Below the pieces are notes generated by a model. It did no database searches. It was not told the DNA's origin and saw only the letters and a program-made list of their open reading frames with translations. A DNA stretch of 64,000 nucleotides. It comes from Balanoglossus misakiensis (Eukaryota > Animalia > Hemichordata). A program made the position numbers and the translations under genes. Shown here piece by piece: positions 33,241-47,700 of this stretch (its first letter is position 1; each line of letters opens with the position of its first letter). The stretch spans positions 4,867,009 to 4,931,008 of the forward strand of contig CM082591.2 in NCBI GenBank assembly GCA_040954595.2, read 5' to 3'.

Positions 33241-35192
33241 TAGTTGAATTTACCTGTTTTGTGGAACATTTTTCTTGTGGTGTTACTCTCCTGGCGACCT
33301 GGCAAGTACTGTACAAAGAATTAAACTCGGCTGAGGTAAAATCGGTTCAATCGATTTCGACGTCATGCTATTGTCCCTAATTCTGTGAAGTGTGCTCGTT
33401 TCCTGACCATATTTGGGCCGCAGTGGCCCACCTCCTCGAAATACGCAGAATTGTTGTATCGTACCATGTTTAAAGTCTGGCACAGCAATCAAGTTTGCTG
33501 ACAACACTTCACAACCTGACAGAGTTGCCAAGCAGTTGTCATACAAAAGGTCTAAAAATAACAGGAATTCGCTTGCGTAGAAAACCAGCTGACATGTAAT
33601 CATGATTAATGCATGTCGCCACCAAATCAACACAATGCATCAGATAAAAGTTAAGTTTTATTGAAACCCAATATGAAAGATAGATATAACATGGCATAAA
33701 TGCAAACCTTTGTTTTTAAAATTAACTGTGTTAACTGACCAGTACCCAATCACATGAAATTTCAGGTTGTGTATATTAAACGTCATAATATATCTCGTCA
33801 CTAATCTAATAAAGCACTGTAATTATTTTTAAAAAGAAATGGACAGATGGAAATGACTGATGAATGACTGTGAGAGCATTGAAATGATAAATTTCAAGTT
33901 TTTGTGTGTGTGTTGTTTTCAATGGATATGGCCACACTGAGAACTACACAAGCTACTGATTCTTGGGTACAACTAATGCTTGACAAGTTGACCCCTAACT
34001 AATCACATTAATTCTTTATTGTTTGACAAAATCTGATTCTGTCAATCACCGTCACTCTCGGGAGCAATGATTAAATATCCAAACATGAGCAATACGACAA
34101 ACAAAAATAAATGGATACTTTCAATTTATTTTAGTGCATTTTGTGAGGTTTGGAACATGTAGTCGAGTGCAATATTTTTGCACTCCCAAATTTTAATTTC
34201 GATGCAGAGAGGGTTGTGGCTAAATCCAATTTGTCTCATTTGTCATTCACAACTTCTATTTTTCAATACCACATTTTTGTGGGTTGACAAAATGATTCTC
34301 GAGCAATGGGGGTGTACATGTACTGCGGAAAGTAATTAAAACCTTGCATTTTCAGCCTCTGAATTCGGCACAAATACCTAAAACCCAAAGTAGTAACACT
34401 GAGTAAAGTTAGGCCGTAAACGTTTAGTGTCAGCAGATTTAAAATAAGGTAGGTTGTGTTATCAGAACCATGGTTGCAATTATTTTAATTGGCCTAATGG
34501 CAAGCCTGAATGATGGAAAAAAAATCCCATGGCAAGTTTTCTAGCTTTTCTAATGATGAATATTGGACTGAGAAATCTTAATATATATAAATATACCACA
34601 ACCAATAATACCTATTAATAAAGTTTTAACGTCAATGATCATAAAATATCTACTAAAATTGATTTAAAAGATACAGTACATAACAATTAAAATTAATAAA
34701 ATCTTGTTCAATGGAATCATAATTATTATGGCAAATTCAGTACACATCCATGTCATTTACACATGAACTATGTACGAACTTTGCATGTTTACACTAAATG
34801 GGGAAAGAGTCGACCACCCCTACTTTTCATGTTTCTATAGCCCGGTACATATTAATGTATACCAGGGTTGGTCTATTTCACAGGAAAAGAGGGGTGACAG
34901 GCCTCAGAATCTCACTTCCTTTGTTTCACTGTCCAACACTAACTAAGCTTAAATTAATGATGTTTAAACTCTATAGCAAATAAATGCACAAGCAAAGTCC
35001 GGTTTTTGACATATTAGTATTTGAAACTTGGGGGGGGGGGGGGGACCCTTAAGTGCAGGTGAGACTAACAGACAATTACAGTATCCAAAATATGACTTCA
35101 TACATCTTCATCAAGTAGAAACTTCTAAATTGTGACTTTCTTTTTTACAAGCGCTGATGTTCTGTACAGCAGCTGCAGCCCCCTCGCTCTCT

Positions 35193-38100
35193 CTACAACT
35201 GTCGGAAAAGACAGAGCGCAAACAACATACCAAATATCTGAAAGAAAATATAGTACATGTATGTGTACAACATGTGTTTGTTGTGTGCTTGCATGGGATG
35301 TATGAGTCAGGTTACAGTTAGGGCAAAAACTACTCCAGCACACCGTTTGCAGACCTCTCTCCCTCTTTCTCTCCCTCCCTCCCCCCCTCTCTCTCTCTCT
35401 CTCTCACTCACTCACTCACTCACTCATTTATGTATTTATATTTATTCGTTTATGTTGTCATTCTTCTCTCTTTGAGGAATAAAGAAACAACAGCAACTTA
35501 CGCACTCACTCACTCACTCACTCACTCACTCACTCACTCACTCACTCACTCACTCACTCACTCACTCATCAACTCCCCTTCTCTTTCTCTCTCTCTCTGT
35601 CTCTCTCTCCCCCTTCTCTCTCTCAACCTCCATCCCTCCCCTTCCCCCCAACCATCCATCTCGACCAAACCACACAAGCATTTTAACCCTACCGCTCTAA
35701 CAACCTAATTCCTCCTCTGAACCAACTTATCTGACACACAAAACCAATCCTCCCCACTCTCCCAACCCATACCCAAGCCCACCCACTAACCCCAACCAAC
35801 TCACCTGTATAAAAGCAATGCCAACTCCAACTCCTCCGATGATGACAGCGTTGTCAACAATGGTAGCGTAAACTTTGTCAAAGCAACCCTGTCGAGGACA
35901 GAAAAATCAAACCTTGTTACTCAAACCTTTTAGCAGAGTTATCAGACAACCACTTGACTTTAAAGAGACACACAGTTGTCACTTTTCAATATTCCTGGTA
36001 TTTTTGGTCTGTGCACTCATCTTTGAATTTTTGAATACTAATTCCCCATGTCATGCACTTTTTAATAGTAACAAAAAAAATTGTGCACATTAGTAAAATT
36101 CATCAATTTTCTAGTGAATCCACATCTTTGACTTGAAGGTATACGGTCACCTATGCAAATTTATCTAAAGTTACCATGGCAAATTGAGATCTAGCCAATC
36201 ACAGATTTTCAGTGGGTGACACGCACAAAAAAAAAAGAGCGCCATCATATCTTCTTAAGAACCTCAAATACGCCAATTCAGTCATATATGGGCGCATGTA
36301 AATTAGGGGTGACCGTATAAGGGAGGGGGAAATTCAGTGCAATGAATATAGTCGAAAGTTTGTGAGGAACAATATATGCGAGACTTACATTTACGTTGAC
36401 TTCAGTGAGGACAAGATGTTGGCAATCTTCGAGATCCCTCACCTCCCCATTCTGTCGGACGCAACACGATGATGGCACCTTTATCGACTTGTCAGCCAGG
36501 TTCTGATGCCATTCGCTCTTGTCCCACAGCAGGTAAGCGTCAGTGCTGTTACCTTCCACACCGCAACACTCAAACTAAAAATAGAGGGAAAAATAGCGCT
36601 GAGGACACAATGCTCCCATTCGCTCTTGTCGCACAGAAAATTTGCATCAGTGCCATGGCAGAAAAATAGCGCTGATCGGACATATGCTCCAATTCTGATA
36701 TATGATGGCCACATATTTATCGATAAAACTGCAAACCTGTTGAAAGAAATACCTGGCTGGGCTACCAATGACCAAATACAAATGACCAATCCCAGCGGCC
36801 TACAACTACTTCCACAATATCCAACTATTCCCAGGTTGGTCACATGACCATCATGTGACAAATACAAACGACCAATGCCAGAGGCCTACAACTGTTTTCA
36901 CAATATCCAACTCTTCCCAGGTAGGTCACATGACCATCATGTGACAAATACAAACAACCAATCCCAGAGGCCTACAACTGTTTGCACATTATCCAACTAT
37001 TCCCAGGTTGGTCACATGACCATCATGTGACAAATACAAATCCCAGAGGCCTACAACTGCTTCCACAATATCCAACTATTCCCAGGTTGGTCACATGACC
37101 ATCATGTGACAAATACAAACGACCAATCCCAGAGGCGTACAACTACTTCCACAATAGCCAACTATTCCCAGGTTGGTCACATGACCATCATGTGACAAAT
37201 ACAAACAACCAATCCAAGAGGCTTACGTCTTTTTGCACTGCATCCCACTGTTCGGTTACTTTATGTTCACCCGGCAACCCATACTTGTCTTTACACGTAT
37301 CTCGCATGGTTTTCTTGGCAGCATCTTTACCCTGAATGGAGAAGATTTATCGTCATTGTTTTTAAATTTTAGCGTTTATACATCTGAAGCACTCAGATGA
37401 TGTCTTAGAGAGTGACAATTAACACCCAATGCATGCCCTTCCTTGCTATAGTGTACCATAGTTTACTTGACAATCCATGATATAATCCCATATTTAGGAA
37501 TTTGATTCTGTAGTCAGGAGGCAGTCAGTGAAAGTGTGATGATCTTTTCAGTTATTTTATTGAGAGAAAGCGAAACACACATCTTGTCTTTCTTTCTCCA
37601 TCATCATTCCATCTTTTTCTATCCCGACATTTTCCATTGAACTGTGTGTTCAGCTCACCTCATTCCTGTAGGCATAGGCCAGTATTCCACCCACAAGTTC
37701 TGCCACGAAGATAAGCAGCAGGGCCACAAAATACTGTAAACATTAAAAAAAAAATAGCGTCAAGGACTCTCTGCTCCCATTTGTTTAGGAATGACGCATC
37801 CATGTCTCAACATATAATCAGTTATATTTGATATCATACTGGATACCAGAACACACCCCAAGAGACTCATATGCCAAATTCACCTACATACAGGTGAACA
37901 CTGTTCCTACAACTTCAAATGACACCTGAATAAAACTGTTACAAAATTATGCAAAATAATTACAAAATTATGCAAATGATTTGGCATCCAGCCAATCATA
38001 GAACACTTCAACCACTCAGTACATAAGCATTCACACAAATAAACGTACACACCAGCTGTATTGCTTTACTGTACAAATGCACCAAAGTAATGTATAAGAT

Positions 38101-39390
38101 TTCCATAGGTTGAGTATAATATTTCATATTGTCCATAAAAAAAATCAGCTTTGACAGGGTTAAAATGGTACATACTGTCATGAGCAGGCATTTGTTTTCT
38201 TTCCACGCGCCACAGCAACCGATGAAAGCCATGACGACGGCGATCGCGCCCGCAACCATGAGAACGTACGACGACTGCACCAACAGCTGACTGCCAAAGA
38301 TTGCGGCGACGCTGTTCGCTTGGATAAGGATCCAAACACCAATGCCAAGGACTGCACCTCCACCGAGCTGTTACCATGGAAACAAACAGCGAACTATTAG
38401 TTCTCAGACAACCCTCCCCCTTTAATGTTGACAATGGGATAGTGGTCAAACGCATATCAATGTAATAGCCACCATTGTACTGTATATTTTTTTTATGATT
38501 GATTATAAAATTAGAAAATCTTGCAAAGTTCTGGAATTTTAAACCGTCACAGACATTTTCTCCACAAACATCACAGATTGATCAGACATGCTGTGTTTAA
38601 AAGGGCATGCTGACCTTGACCAACTGTCAGCCACATATATATCAAAAGTATTCATCTCTGCTGATTAGGTTAAACATTTCTATGATGATATATCATATAG
38701 TTGAGCCTTCCAATCACAAAAAATTATCCACTGCTGGCTGTTTTTTCCATTTGGTCCATTATCAAAACAAATGCTACATTCACATAAAAACAATGATCTA
38801 TTTTGGAAGTAAAACTAAAAGCTTTCTACAGATGGTAAGGATAAAATTAAACATATTATTTTGTGAGGGCTAGCTGTCCTTCATATTCAGAATCCCTACA
38901 AAGAAGTTGTACATGCAGATTCGAGATAAATATTACGTCAATATTTGAAAACTGTCATATTTTATACTATCCCTTTCATTTTCCCCATTAAAAAATATTT
39001 GGCGATACAGAACATACAAACAAGATAGAATTACTGAGTGAGAAATGCTTTTTGAGCATGATTTATTAACTTAGTAGCTATACCTGCAATATTTCAATGT
39101 ATTTATTCACATTTTCCGTTGATATTTAATTAACTGATAACGGGACCGTTTATCACGCGAATGATTTTAATAAGCTGCTAGGCAGGGGTTCGGGAGACTA
39201 TGTGTAAAATACGCATGCGATGACCGATTTGAAAATGGCAGAAACTCGCATCTGAGTCAACAGAAATTTATGATGTCACAAAAAAATGACTTACCAAGAA
39301 AATAATGTTGAAGAAACAGAGGAGGAATTTGAGGCACTTGGCCCCGCATCCCAACTTCCTCTTCACCTTGACCGTGGTCTTGCTCCCCAT
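35193..39390 (-). CDS. Tetraspanin B, 260 aa
   Basis: Exons 39390-39295 (MGSKTTVK..CLKFLLCFFNIIFL), 38367-38176 (FIGCCGAWKENKCLL), 37733-37659, 37331-37227, 36574-36389 (FECCG..VPSSCC..C), 35888-35805 (GC..) and 35237-35193 (IFGMLFALCLFRQL*). All phase 0 GT-AG. Confidence 0.93.
35355..35625. repeat. (CT)n and (CACT)n microsatellites
   Basis: Directly visible runs in the last intron of tetraspanin B. Confidence 0.9.
36137..36225. mobile_element. Fragment of the TTAA-flanked MITE also found at 59232-59389
   Basis: Reverse complement of ~59303-59390 (AAGGTATACGGTCACCTATG..GAGATCTAGCCAATCACAGATTTTCAGTGGGTG). Confidence 0.65.
36784..37226. repeat. Minisatellite, ~86-bp unit, about 5 copies plus a partial copy
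   Basis: Unit ACCAATCCCAGAGGCCTACAACT..CCACAATATCCAACTATTCCCAGGTTGGTCACATGACCATCATGTGACAAATACAAAC starts at ~36784, 36870, 36956, 37035, 37121 and 37207. Confidence 0.92.
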
Positions 39391-42300
39391 GTTGTTCAAG
39401 TGTCTGCGACCGGGCGACCTTCGTTCACTCTGAAACGGATTGGAACGGAGGAAAATCATCGTACAACTTCCAGAAAAAAATTTCGGCAGGGGGATTATTT
39501 CAAGCGCGCTGTATCGCCGCGGTAAACTCCAGACAGCCTTGGGTGCACTGCACTGCATATGCGCACGGCCTGAGGGTGCCAACCGCAAAGCAGACCAGAC
39601 CCACAGCTAATCAGTTACTTCACCTGTGTTCCTGTCAGATCCCTTGTGGGTATCTATGACATCATTATGGATAATTGCCTTCAAAAAATGATGACTTTCC
39701 CTATTAATTTCACATCATCGCTCACCATCAGTCCACTTCAAATGAAAATTAGGATGGGAACGTTTGCAATTAACCACACAGAATACCAATTTAAATGCTT
39801 TCGAAAAGGCTCTCATTTGAATGTGTCTGTTGGAATTTACGGAGAAAATGAACATACTGAATCGCATGAATTCATGTCTTTGTTAAGCTAACAGAAATTA
39901 ATATTATTTGAAAGGTAGATCTTAAAAAAGCAATGTGAGAAAAACTCACTGCAGTTTACCCATGATACACTTCATGCTTATCACCATATCTACAGCCGAT
40001 ACCAAACTAAGTATATTGCTCTGTTTTTTTCAGAGAGCAACACACAAAGAATGGGCAAGGACATCACTGATATTGATAAATTAATCATATATTTCTGATT
40101 ACTTAGTACGTTTTCAATTCTCGTAATAAAATAAGGCTGAGCAGGGCCAGGAAACAAGCATAGCTCTGATGACACACTTTTCAAACTAATTAATTATGAC
40201 ATCTTAATTATTGTTTGACTTCTTAATTATGATCTGATATGTTATGGGCTGGCACGCAAAATTTATGTAAAGTCTGCCTGGTTATAAGAACCACACGTTT
40301 TTGCTAGGTTGGGCATCATCTGTTTAACACATGCATACTTCTCCATATGTTTCAATGTTTTTCTATGGAATCTATGAATTAAACTGTATTTTATTTATAG
40401 AACCATGTTTTGTTCAGAGTTACTAAAAGAAAAGTTTTTCGAAAAATTAAAAATTGGTGGATCACCAGACGAAAGTCCAATATTTTACGAAGTTACTCTT
40501 GACATATAAAAATACAAAGCTATAAAATCAAGTATGTCTTGTCTGAAATTGAAGACTGCCCCCACAAATTTTTGAATCTGTTTCCAGAGATTCTTTTGTC
40601 TTTATTCAGTCAGGAATATCGTGCTTATTCACTAGAGGGCGCTATACATGAGGAACAACCCCCCCCCCCCCCCCCCCCCCCAACAAAATATATCTTTCTG
40701 ATTATCTCAGGCGCAACACACAGCTGCTGTCTATGGCCACAATAGCCAGCGAACAAATACAACACCATATGTTTACCTTGGGAGTTTCATTCAATGGGAA
40801 TAATGCTACCTTCTTTCAACGCGCAGCTTACTAAGATAAATCCTAAACGATTAAATACCAAAATGTGAGCCAGTATAGTTTGTGTGAATAAACAACTGGA
40901 AGTGAAATGCATTACAAAAAATTTCATCTTCATATTTCAACTCGTGACATTTAAAATCATTCATTTGGGATTTTTATCGGTTTCTACACCACTAGTGCAG
41001 ATAATAAGCAACTGTATTTTGAGCCATAATAACTTAAGTAACTGCAACAACGTTTCACTTGCGATAAATTTCAAAAATTTAATCCTGAAATGTCCTACTT
41101 TCTCCGATTCATAGCTTTGTGCGACAAACACATGACCTTTGACCTCTACTAAGGTGCGACATCATCATGACAGTTTCACTCTGCGTGATGCTAATCCGTT
41201 CTGCCAATTTCAGGACGTGTTGAATTACGACACAAAATGTGACAGGAAAGCCGCGACCGGCGCGAAAATCGCATTTGACAAAATTATACATCACTGCTTA
41301 TATGTACAGACGGCAGGTCGTGGTCCCTTTCGCGCTTTCACGCGAACACTTAATCTGGCGAAACCTTGAAACGCCGTTAACGAAAACTGTTGAAAAAACA
41401 GAGAAATACAACTTGGCAGCGTGTCAATGCCGGGGCAAATTAAATTGAGTAAATCTACCAGAGAGCGCTAAAAGCACGCGTCCACGACAGAGAAAATCAC
41501 GTTTTCGTCTGATAGAAAGTGACAAGTCAAATGGTTTGGCAGATGAGGATTGGCAGATGTGTAGTAAGTTGCCAGTCTGTGGGGAGATGATTCACACGTT
41601 CCGTTCTGTTGCACTTGTTCCAGATATGACAAATAGTTCAACTGTTGAGACATTTCTGGCTGTTCAGAGTACAAATTAGACATGGCTTTAAATTCTGTAG
41701 TGTGTTAGAAATTATGTCCTGTGGCAGAATTCAGCTCATGGAGGTACTGAAAGACTCACTGTTAGTTACATGCATATAAGACTCAAATGCTTGATAGTCA
41801 GCCCACCTCCATGAGTCATGTTTTTAAAATGTTAAACGGAAAAACTGATTTTTGTGTTTTCATGTGTAAAATTATCAATCTTTCCCCACACAAAAAAATA
41901 GTTCAATCTTGTAGAATGGAAGATTGAGTGTGAGTACTCTAACCTCGTCTTATACCAATAACAGATTTGCAGGTTGGAATGCCAGCACACAACTGAATCT
42001 ATCAGTCTATGAAGGCACAATAAAATCTCAATCTTAAACAATGAGGCTAAAGTATTCACTTTTAACGTTTTTTTTTCCTGATATTTTGATTATTTTCATG
42101 TTGTTCTGTTTGATTATCACTTAAAACGTGAGTCTCATCCCACACATATAGGAATAAAAGTTCTATTATGGTACAATCTTTGTATTCATGTGTTGTGTCC
42201 ATGTATATGGGCCTGAGCTAAGTTGCACCAACTGAATCATGTATAACAGTACAAAATAGCCTATCAAAAGACACTGTAACAAAAATAATGTCAAAAGTGA

Positions 42301-44546
42301 GAGACTTTTCCCCTTTAAAGCTATATGCAGCATGGATTAAAGTATAAATGGATATACACACAATGGCGATCGAAATTTGCCAAGAGTGGATTAGGGTCGG
42401 TTTAGAGTAAACTCATCTGAACCGTCCTGTGGGTTTTAGTGAATTTACGTCTGGAGATAATTGAAATCGAACAATCTTCCAGTAAATATACTCGATACAG
42501 AATACCAGCACAGGTTGTGCGTTTTCACGCAACATGTCTGGATTTGTATGGTGCGACATGACCCTCTGTGTAAACTCTCTATTTGTGATTTGTACACACT
42601 GATTGATGTTAGGGACTTGATATTTCTGAATCGCAAAGAAAATTACCGTAAATTGGAAAAGACGGGCGCTGAATAGAGGAAACTCAGACAGCTCGGTGTG
42701 AATGAATGGCCCGCGAGCCACTTTGTACAGTTGTTAGTGGTGTATGGGGAGGCAAAGTGAAAAGACTGCGAGTCTTTGGAAACGGGCAGGAATGTCAGAT
42801 GAAATGAAAACTGGCAGATATCGCAGGCTTTGAATGGTAGCAATCGTCTGATTTACGACGTGACAGTTGCTACGGTTATTTCATTATCTTTACGAAGTTC
42901 GCACTCTGAATAACATTCGAATTCTGAAACTTAGCTGACTGAGACGCTATTTTCCACCACTGTACTGGTATGTACTATATGCAGGAGTTACGGCTGGAAA
43001 TTTTGATTTTATTATGCCACCTCTGATGATGCACCAGGTTTACAGAGACTACAAGAAGCTCCATTAACTGTATCATGTATCTACTAGCTGCAGTTTCTTG
43101 TTCAAATGTACAACGAAAATGGAATAAGCTGCACAGAGAAAACACACTGCAAGACCAGTGATTTCGATCTACACAGCAAAAAAAGCTACACTTTGTCTAC
43201 TTTTCAGGGCTGAAATGAAAAGCCACCTGTGGTCTAGGCAATGAATTCTTTAGTGATAACAATGTATCAACCCAAACAAAACACAACTCAATTTCTTCCC
43301 TGGTGTAAATAATGTCTTTGTTACACCTGCAACAATTTATACACAATATCTGTGACTGGCAACAATGTATACAAATTACAATACTATGTTTCTTATCAAC
43401 TGAGACTGGCTACAATTAATACGTCACTTAGTTTCTTACAAACTCGACTGATAAAAATAATCAATGGTCAGTATACTTGTGCAGCTCAATCTGTTGTCAT
43501 TGTATCATTCCACTGAATGATATATACATCTGCCAGGCCTTGGTGAGTTTCAAAGAGATTTGGAACAAAACTAGCCTGCTGTCAGTCGTGGCACCAACCA
43601 CATTAACCTTGGTAATTTCCACCAGGGAAACTGTTTAACCCTGCCCTGCACTTCATTAGCAGCCATTCAGTGTAATTAACACTTAACACCTCACTCCTGC
43701 AAATATACTCTCAAATACTAGCTGCAAATATTATCCCAATAATCATCCTGACCTACTTATAAAGTAGATGCAATTATTGGATGTTTGTGTGTGTGTTTTC
43801 ACAAATGTAGCAGGCAGAACTGCACCAGCCCACAGCCAGTGAAATCAATTAGCGACTTCTCGGCTGTTGGTTAAATTTTCAGTGTAATGGTTTCATTGAT
43901 TATTTCTGAAGAATTCAGAACCATCTTTTGGGAGGAATGCGGGTGCCCAATACTATATATATATAAGCAACCAAATGGAATACGATTGCTTTCAGAGTGA
44001 TTAAGGGAATATTGCAAGCAAAAGGCTTTGTAATATTATAATTCTTCTCACCCAGTCCATCCCTACTTCCATTACAGACTTAGTCCAACTGGGACAAATT
44101 CACACACTATATATCTCCATCATAGGATACTTCAATTCTAAATTCACATCAGGGGAATCGGGACCCTTTTTAACCATTTTACACAAAGAGCCACACAGCA
44201 TAAATTTCAGCGAGGCACTAAATCTTATCTACAATACTTCCGCAAATCTGCTCTATCGACCGTGCCGTGGCAATCTCTCTCAATAACGGATCTCGAGACG
44301 GGGGGAAACATAAACCTTTAAGTGTGTGGCAGCAAAGCTTTTGCAAGTGCCGTTAATGACGGCCAATAAAAGCTGGACTAATTCACTCCCATCACTTGGC
44401 CTTTCCCAGGCAGTACACTCCAGTAATCTTTCCTTCTCGTTGGATTTCCTCGCCGCGAAAACACACATCGATATTACTGTCACGTACCAGACACACAGAG
44501 TCATAGGTATGTCTGAGTGGGGGCGACCGCAACAAAAGAAGGAATA

Positions 44547-44756
44547 CTGTAAAACGGGTTATTTTCGCGACAGGAAATTTTCGCGATATCAAAAGAGGCA
44601 ACTGTTATGCGAGGATTAATTTCCGTGTTCTCTTATTTCATTTACTGCATCGTTATCTCAAAAAAAAATTTACGCGACTTTTTATTTTTAGCGTTTTTTG
44701 GGGCTCTCGTGTAGTTCGCAGAAATTTATCATTCACGAAAATTCCCCGTTTTACAG
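44547..44756. mobile_element. MITE with TA target duplication (Tc1/mariner-type)
   Basis: TA|CTGTAAAACGGG...CCCGTTTTACAG|TA with internal TTTTCGCG repeats. Confidence 0.75.
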
Positions 44757-47700
44757 TATGACATAATGCGTTAAAACGCTTGTGTTAAAATATACACGCC
44801 CTGTCATTTGACATTTATCAAATTACATTTAGCACTCGTAATGCACTGTTTGCTAACAGTCTGACATATTTTTAACTTTGTTGGATATTCAGTGAGGTTT
44901 TTGTCATAAAGGTGTAGGGGGGCAGTATTGCAAGGAAGCCATCATCAGATAATTTGCAACTTTGTGTGACAAAGTCATGTTTTAGATGTTCAGGGAGTGA
45001 TTTACTTATCCTAAGAGGAAATGTGTAAATGCATACATGTACTGTAGTATTATATTTATCTCAGAATCAGAAAGTTGTCTGTTGGGTTTAATTTATGTAC
45101 AAATGAGGTTATCAGCTGCATAGCTGTGTGTTCAGATAATTACCTTGTCTATCAGTCGTTTTGTTTACACGACAAAGTGGTTGCCCAGTTGCACTGTTCA
45201 GAGATAATTAAATTGCCTGCTGCACTTATCTGGTCAATTATCCCAACAGCAGTCGGTACTGCCCAGTCAATTAGTCGAGTATACTGAGATATTGCTCTGT
45301 AATTACACTTGTTTGTGTTTCTATGATAACATTCTATCAGTAGATTTGGTGGTGGTTTGTATTGCGTGTTTCCACCAGGACCACCGTTGACGTTTCCTAC
45401 AGTAATATTCATTCAAAAGTCTTGATAATTACCCAGCTGAGTTATACATCTAGAAAACTGGATTTGTTGGTAATTTTTGCCGATTTGCTGGCTCCCTACT
45501 TTGTCAGATAACAGTAATTGGAAACAAAACATCATTAATAGAGTGTCTGCTGGAGCAATTGTTCCGATAATCATCATGATTAGACATTTAATTGAGTGCT
45601 TTGGTAATGAATTAAGCTGTGTGTGAATCTGCGTGTAAATGCCACAGACTATGTAGAATGTTGCCGAAAAACTTGCATTTCAAGTACCAGAATAGCCATA
45701 ATACGTTAATTCAACACTGTTACTTACCTACTGTAATCTGCAGAGATATGTTGCATGTGTAATCATAAAGAATTGTTCACTTGTACAAAGTATGAATCGC
45801 GGTTAAAAATGAAATTCAATTTTTTATTAAAGCTAAGGGGCTCAATCAATATGTATTTCGATAGCAAGAGGAAAAATCCAGATATTTCTTATCTCTCAGG
45901 AAGCAAACAGTATCACACCTACAGAAATACAGCTGGAGACGACTGTTGCCATGGAGACAAGGGAGGAGGCGGAACCCAAGAGGAAGTGTGACTCTTTTGA
46001 CAGTATATCAGGTGTGATTTGTAATCACATGGTGAAAGTAATGATATCAGTGTGTATCATTTACAGGAATGTGGACAACTTTTTGTCACAGTCGGCGAAA
46101 ATGGAGTCAGTTTCCTTTTGCTACAAGTGAGTAAACTACAGATGAAGACAGAAGCTTCAAGAGAATTGGTACTGTTGTTTACTGAGAGCCAGGCCATATT
46201 TTGTAGGCTACAGGCTATATCTTCCACACCTCTGATTTGTGTAAATTTGATTAGCCGTTTCAACGTCATAGTCAACTTGTCATTTTTCACAAAATTAAAC
46301 CTCATAACTTTTATCATATATTTTCTAAAATTTTGATCAAATCTTGCAGGCGGTGGAAAATAATGTCAACTTGGTCTAAAATTAAGGGTGAAAATCAATA
46401 AAAATTTGTGAAAATGCTAAAAATGTTGTCATCGATATATTTTCGCAAGATGTGGCATTCAAAGGGTTAAGTGTGGTTATTGACACTGACAGACAGAATC
46501 CCTGTAGCCTTATTGACTAAGCAGTCACTTAATGATGTACGGAAGGGTAATATCTTTATTCACTGTCACATCTTTGTTGTGGCTAGGTTATTAAATTAGG
46601 AATTAACTTAGAGCGTCAGTCTGGACCTCAATGAGTATGTTTCAATGCATAGCTAAGTAGAAATGTTTTTTTATAGAAAGTCTATTTACATTCAGGAGGA
46701 AATGTACATGTATGTGACACTGCATGCTAATTTCGACAAAATTTCATTCACAAGCGGTAACAACTTCTCCGATAGTCAAAATAATTTTCTCATTTTCGAC
46801 ACCATTGGAACGGCTAACCAGTATGACATATTATTAATCCCATTCCTTTACAGTCTGCTCTCCCAAAACTCTAATACCGATGATATATGCATATATGCAT
46901 GCATGTGCGTGTGCGTGCGTGCACTACAACTTATGGGGAAAATATTATCAAAGTTGCATTTTATTTTATTTTGCTGAGCTCTGTGTACAACTTCACCAAA
47001 ATGATAAAAGTACATGTTTCTAGGAACTGTCAGTGTAATCCTATAGGAAGATATAAAGTCCACACGTTCGTTGTACGTACATCCTAAGCCTGCAGTCTTA
47101 AATTCTGTTGAATCGTCATAGTAACACTGGAAGTACATTTACCCGTGACGGAATACTAAGGCTTTCTGGAGTAGGAAAAGGAAGCAGTGATTCGTCCAAT
47201 AAAACTTACTGGCAAAAAATATCAGGTCTCTTTAATCTCTTATTTTTTACTGAGTCTGAGAGAACAGCAAGAGCACAATGTGGGTGCAGTTTTTTAAAAT
47301 TCAGCCGGTCTGTCGCTTACAGGATTAAATTAAGGCTAAGATTAATAACATTCTTGAGATAAGGAATTAAAAAGGTTAATCCTTTCATACGTCATTTAAC
47401 ATTCTATCAAATCTAGTCTCGCATCAATACTGCTGTGAAGGGTTCTTCAAACACTCCAACTGCGGTCTGTGTAACTGAATTAGACAAGCTTGTCGCCGTG
47501 TCCGCGATGATGTAGGGTTTAAAATTAAATGTTGGCTTTTCCACTAGACTGGGTTCGATCACAACTGCCGTAATTATTTCTCAATTTATTATCAAATGTT
47601 CTCTCTCTTTTTAGACTGAACTGTCGGGTAGAATGTCAAAAGATGTTTTCCTAGTCTGCCTAGCGGTTGTGCAAACACAGATATACTGAATTCATCTCAC

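Noticed and set aside
36784-37226. CRISPR-like array with a palindromic unit
   Set aside because: Units are contiguous with no unique spacers, there are no cas genes, and it lies in a eukaryotic intron. It is a minisatellite.
47491-47572. tRNA-like sequence with a GGTTCGATC B-box
   Set aside because: I could not fold a cloverleaf. At most it is a decayed tRNA-derived SINE or pseudogene.
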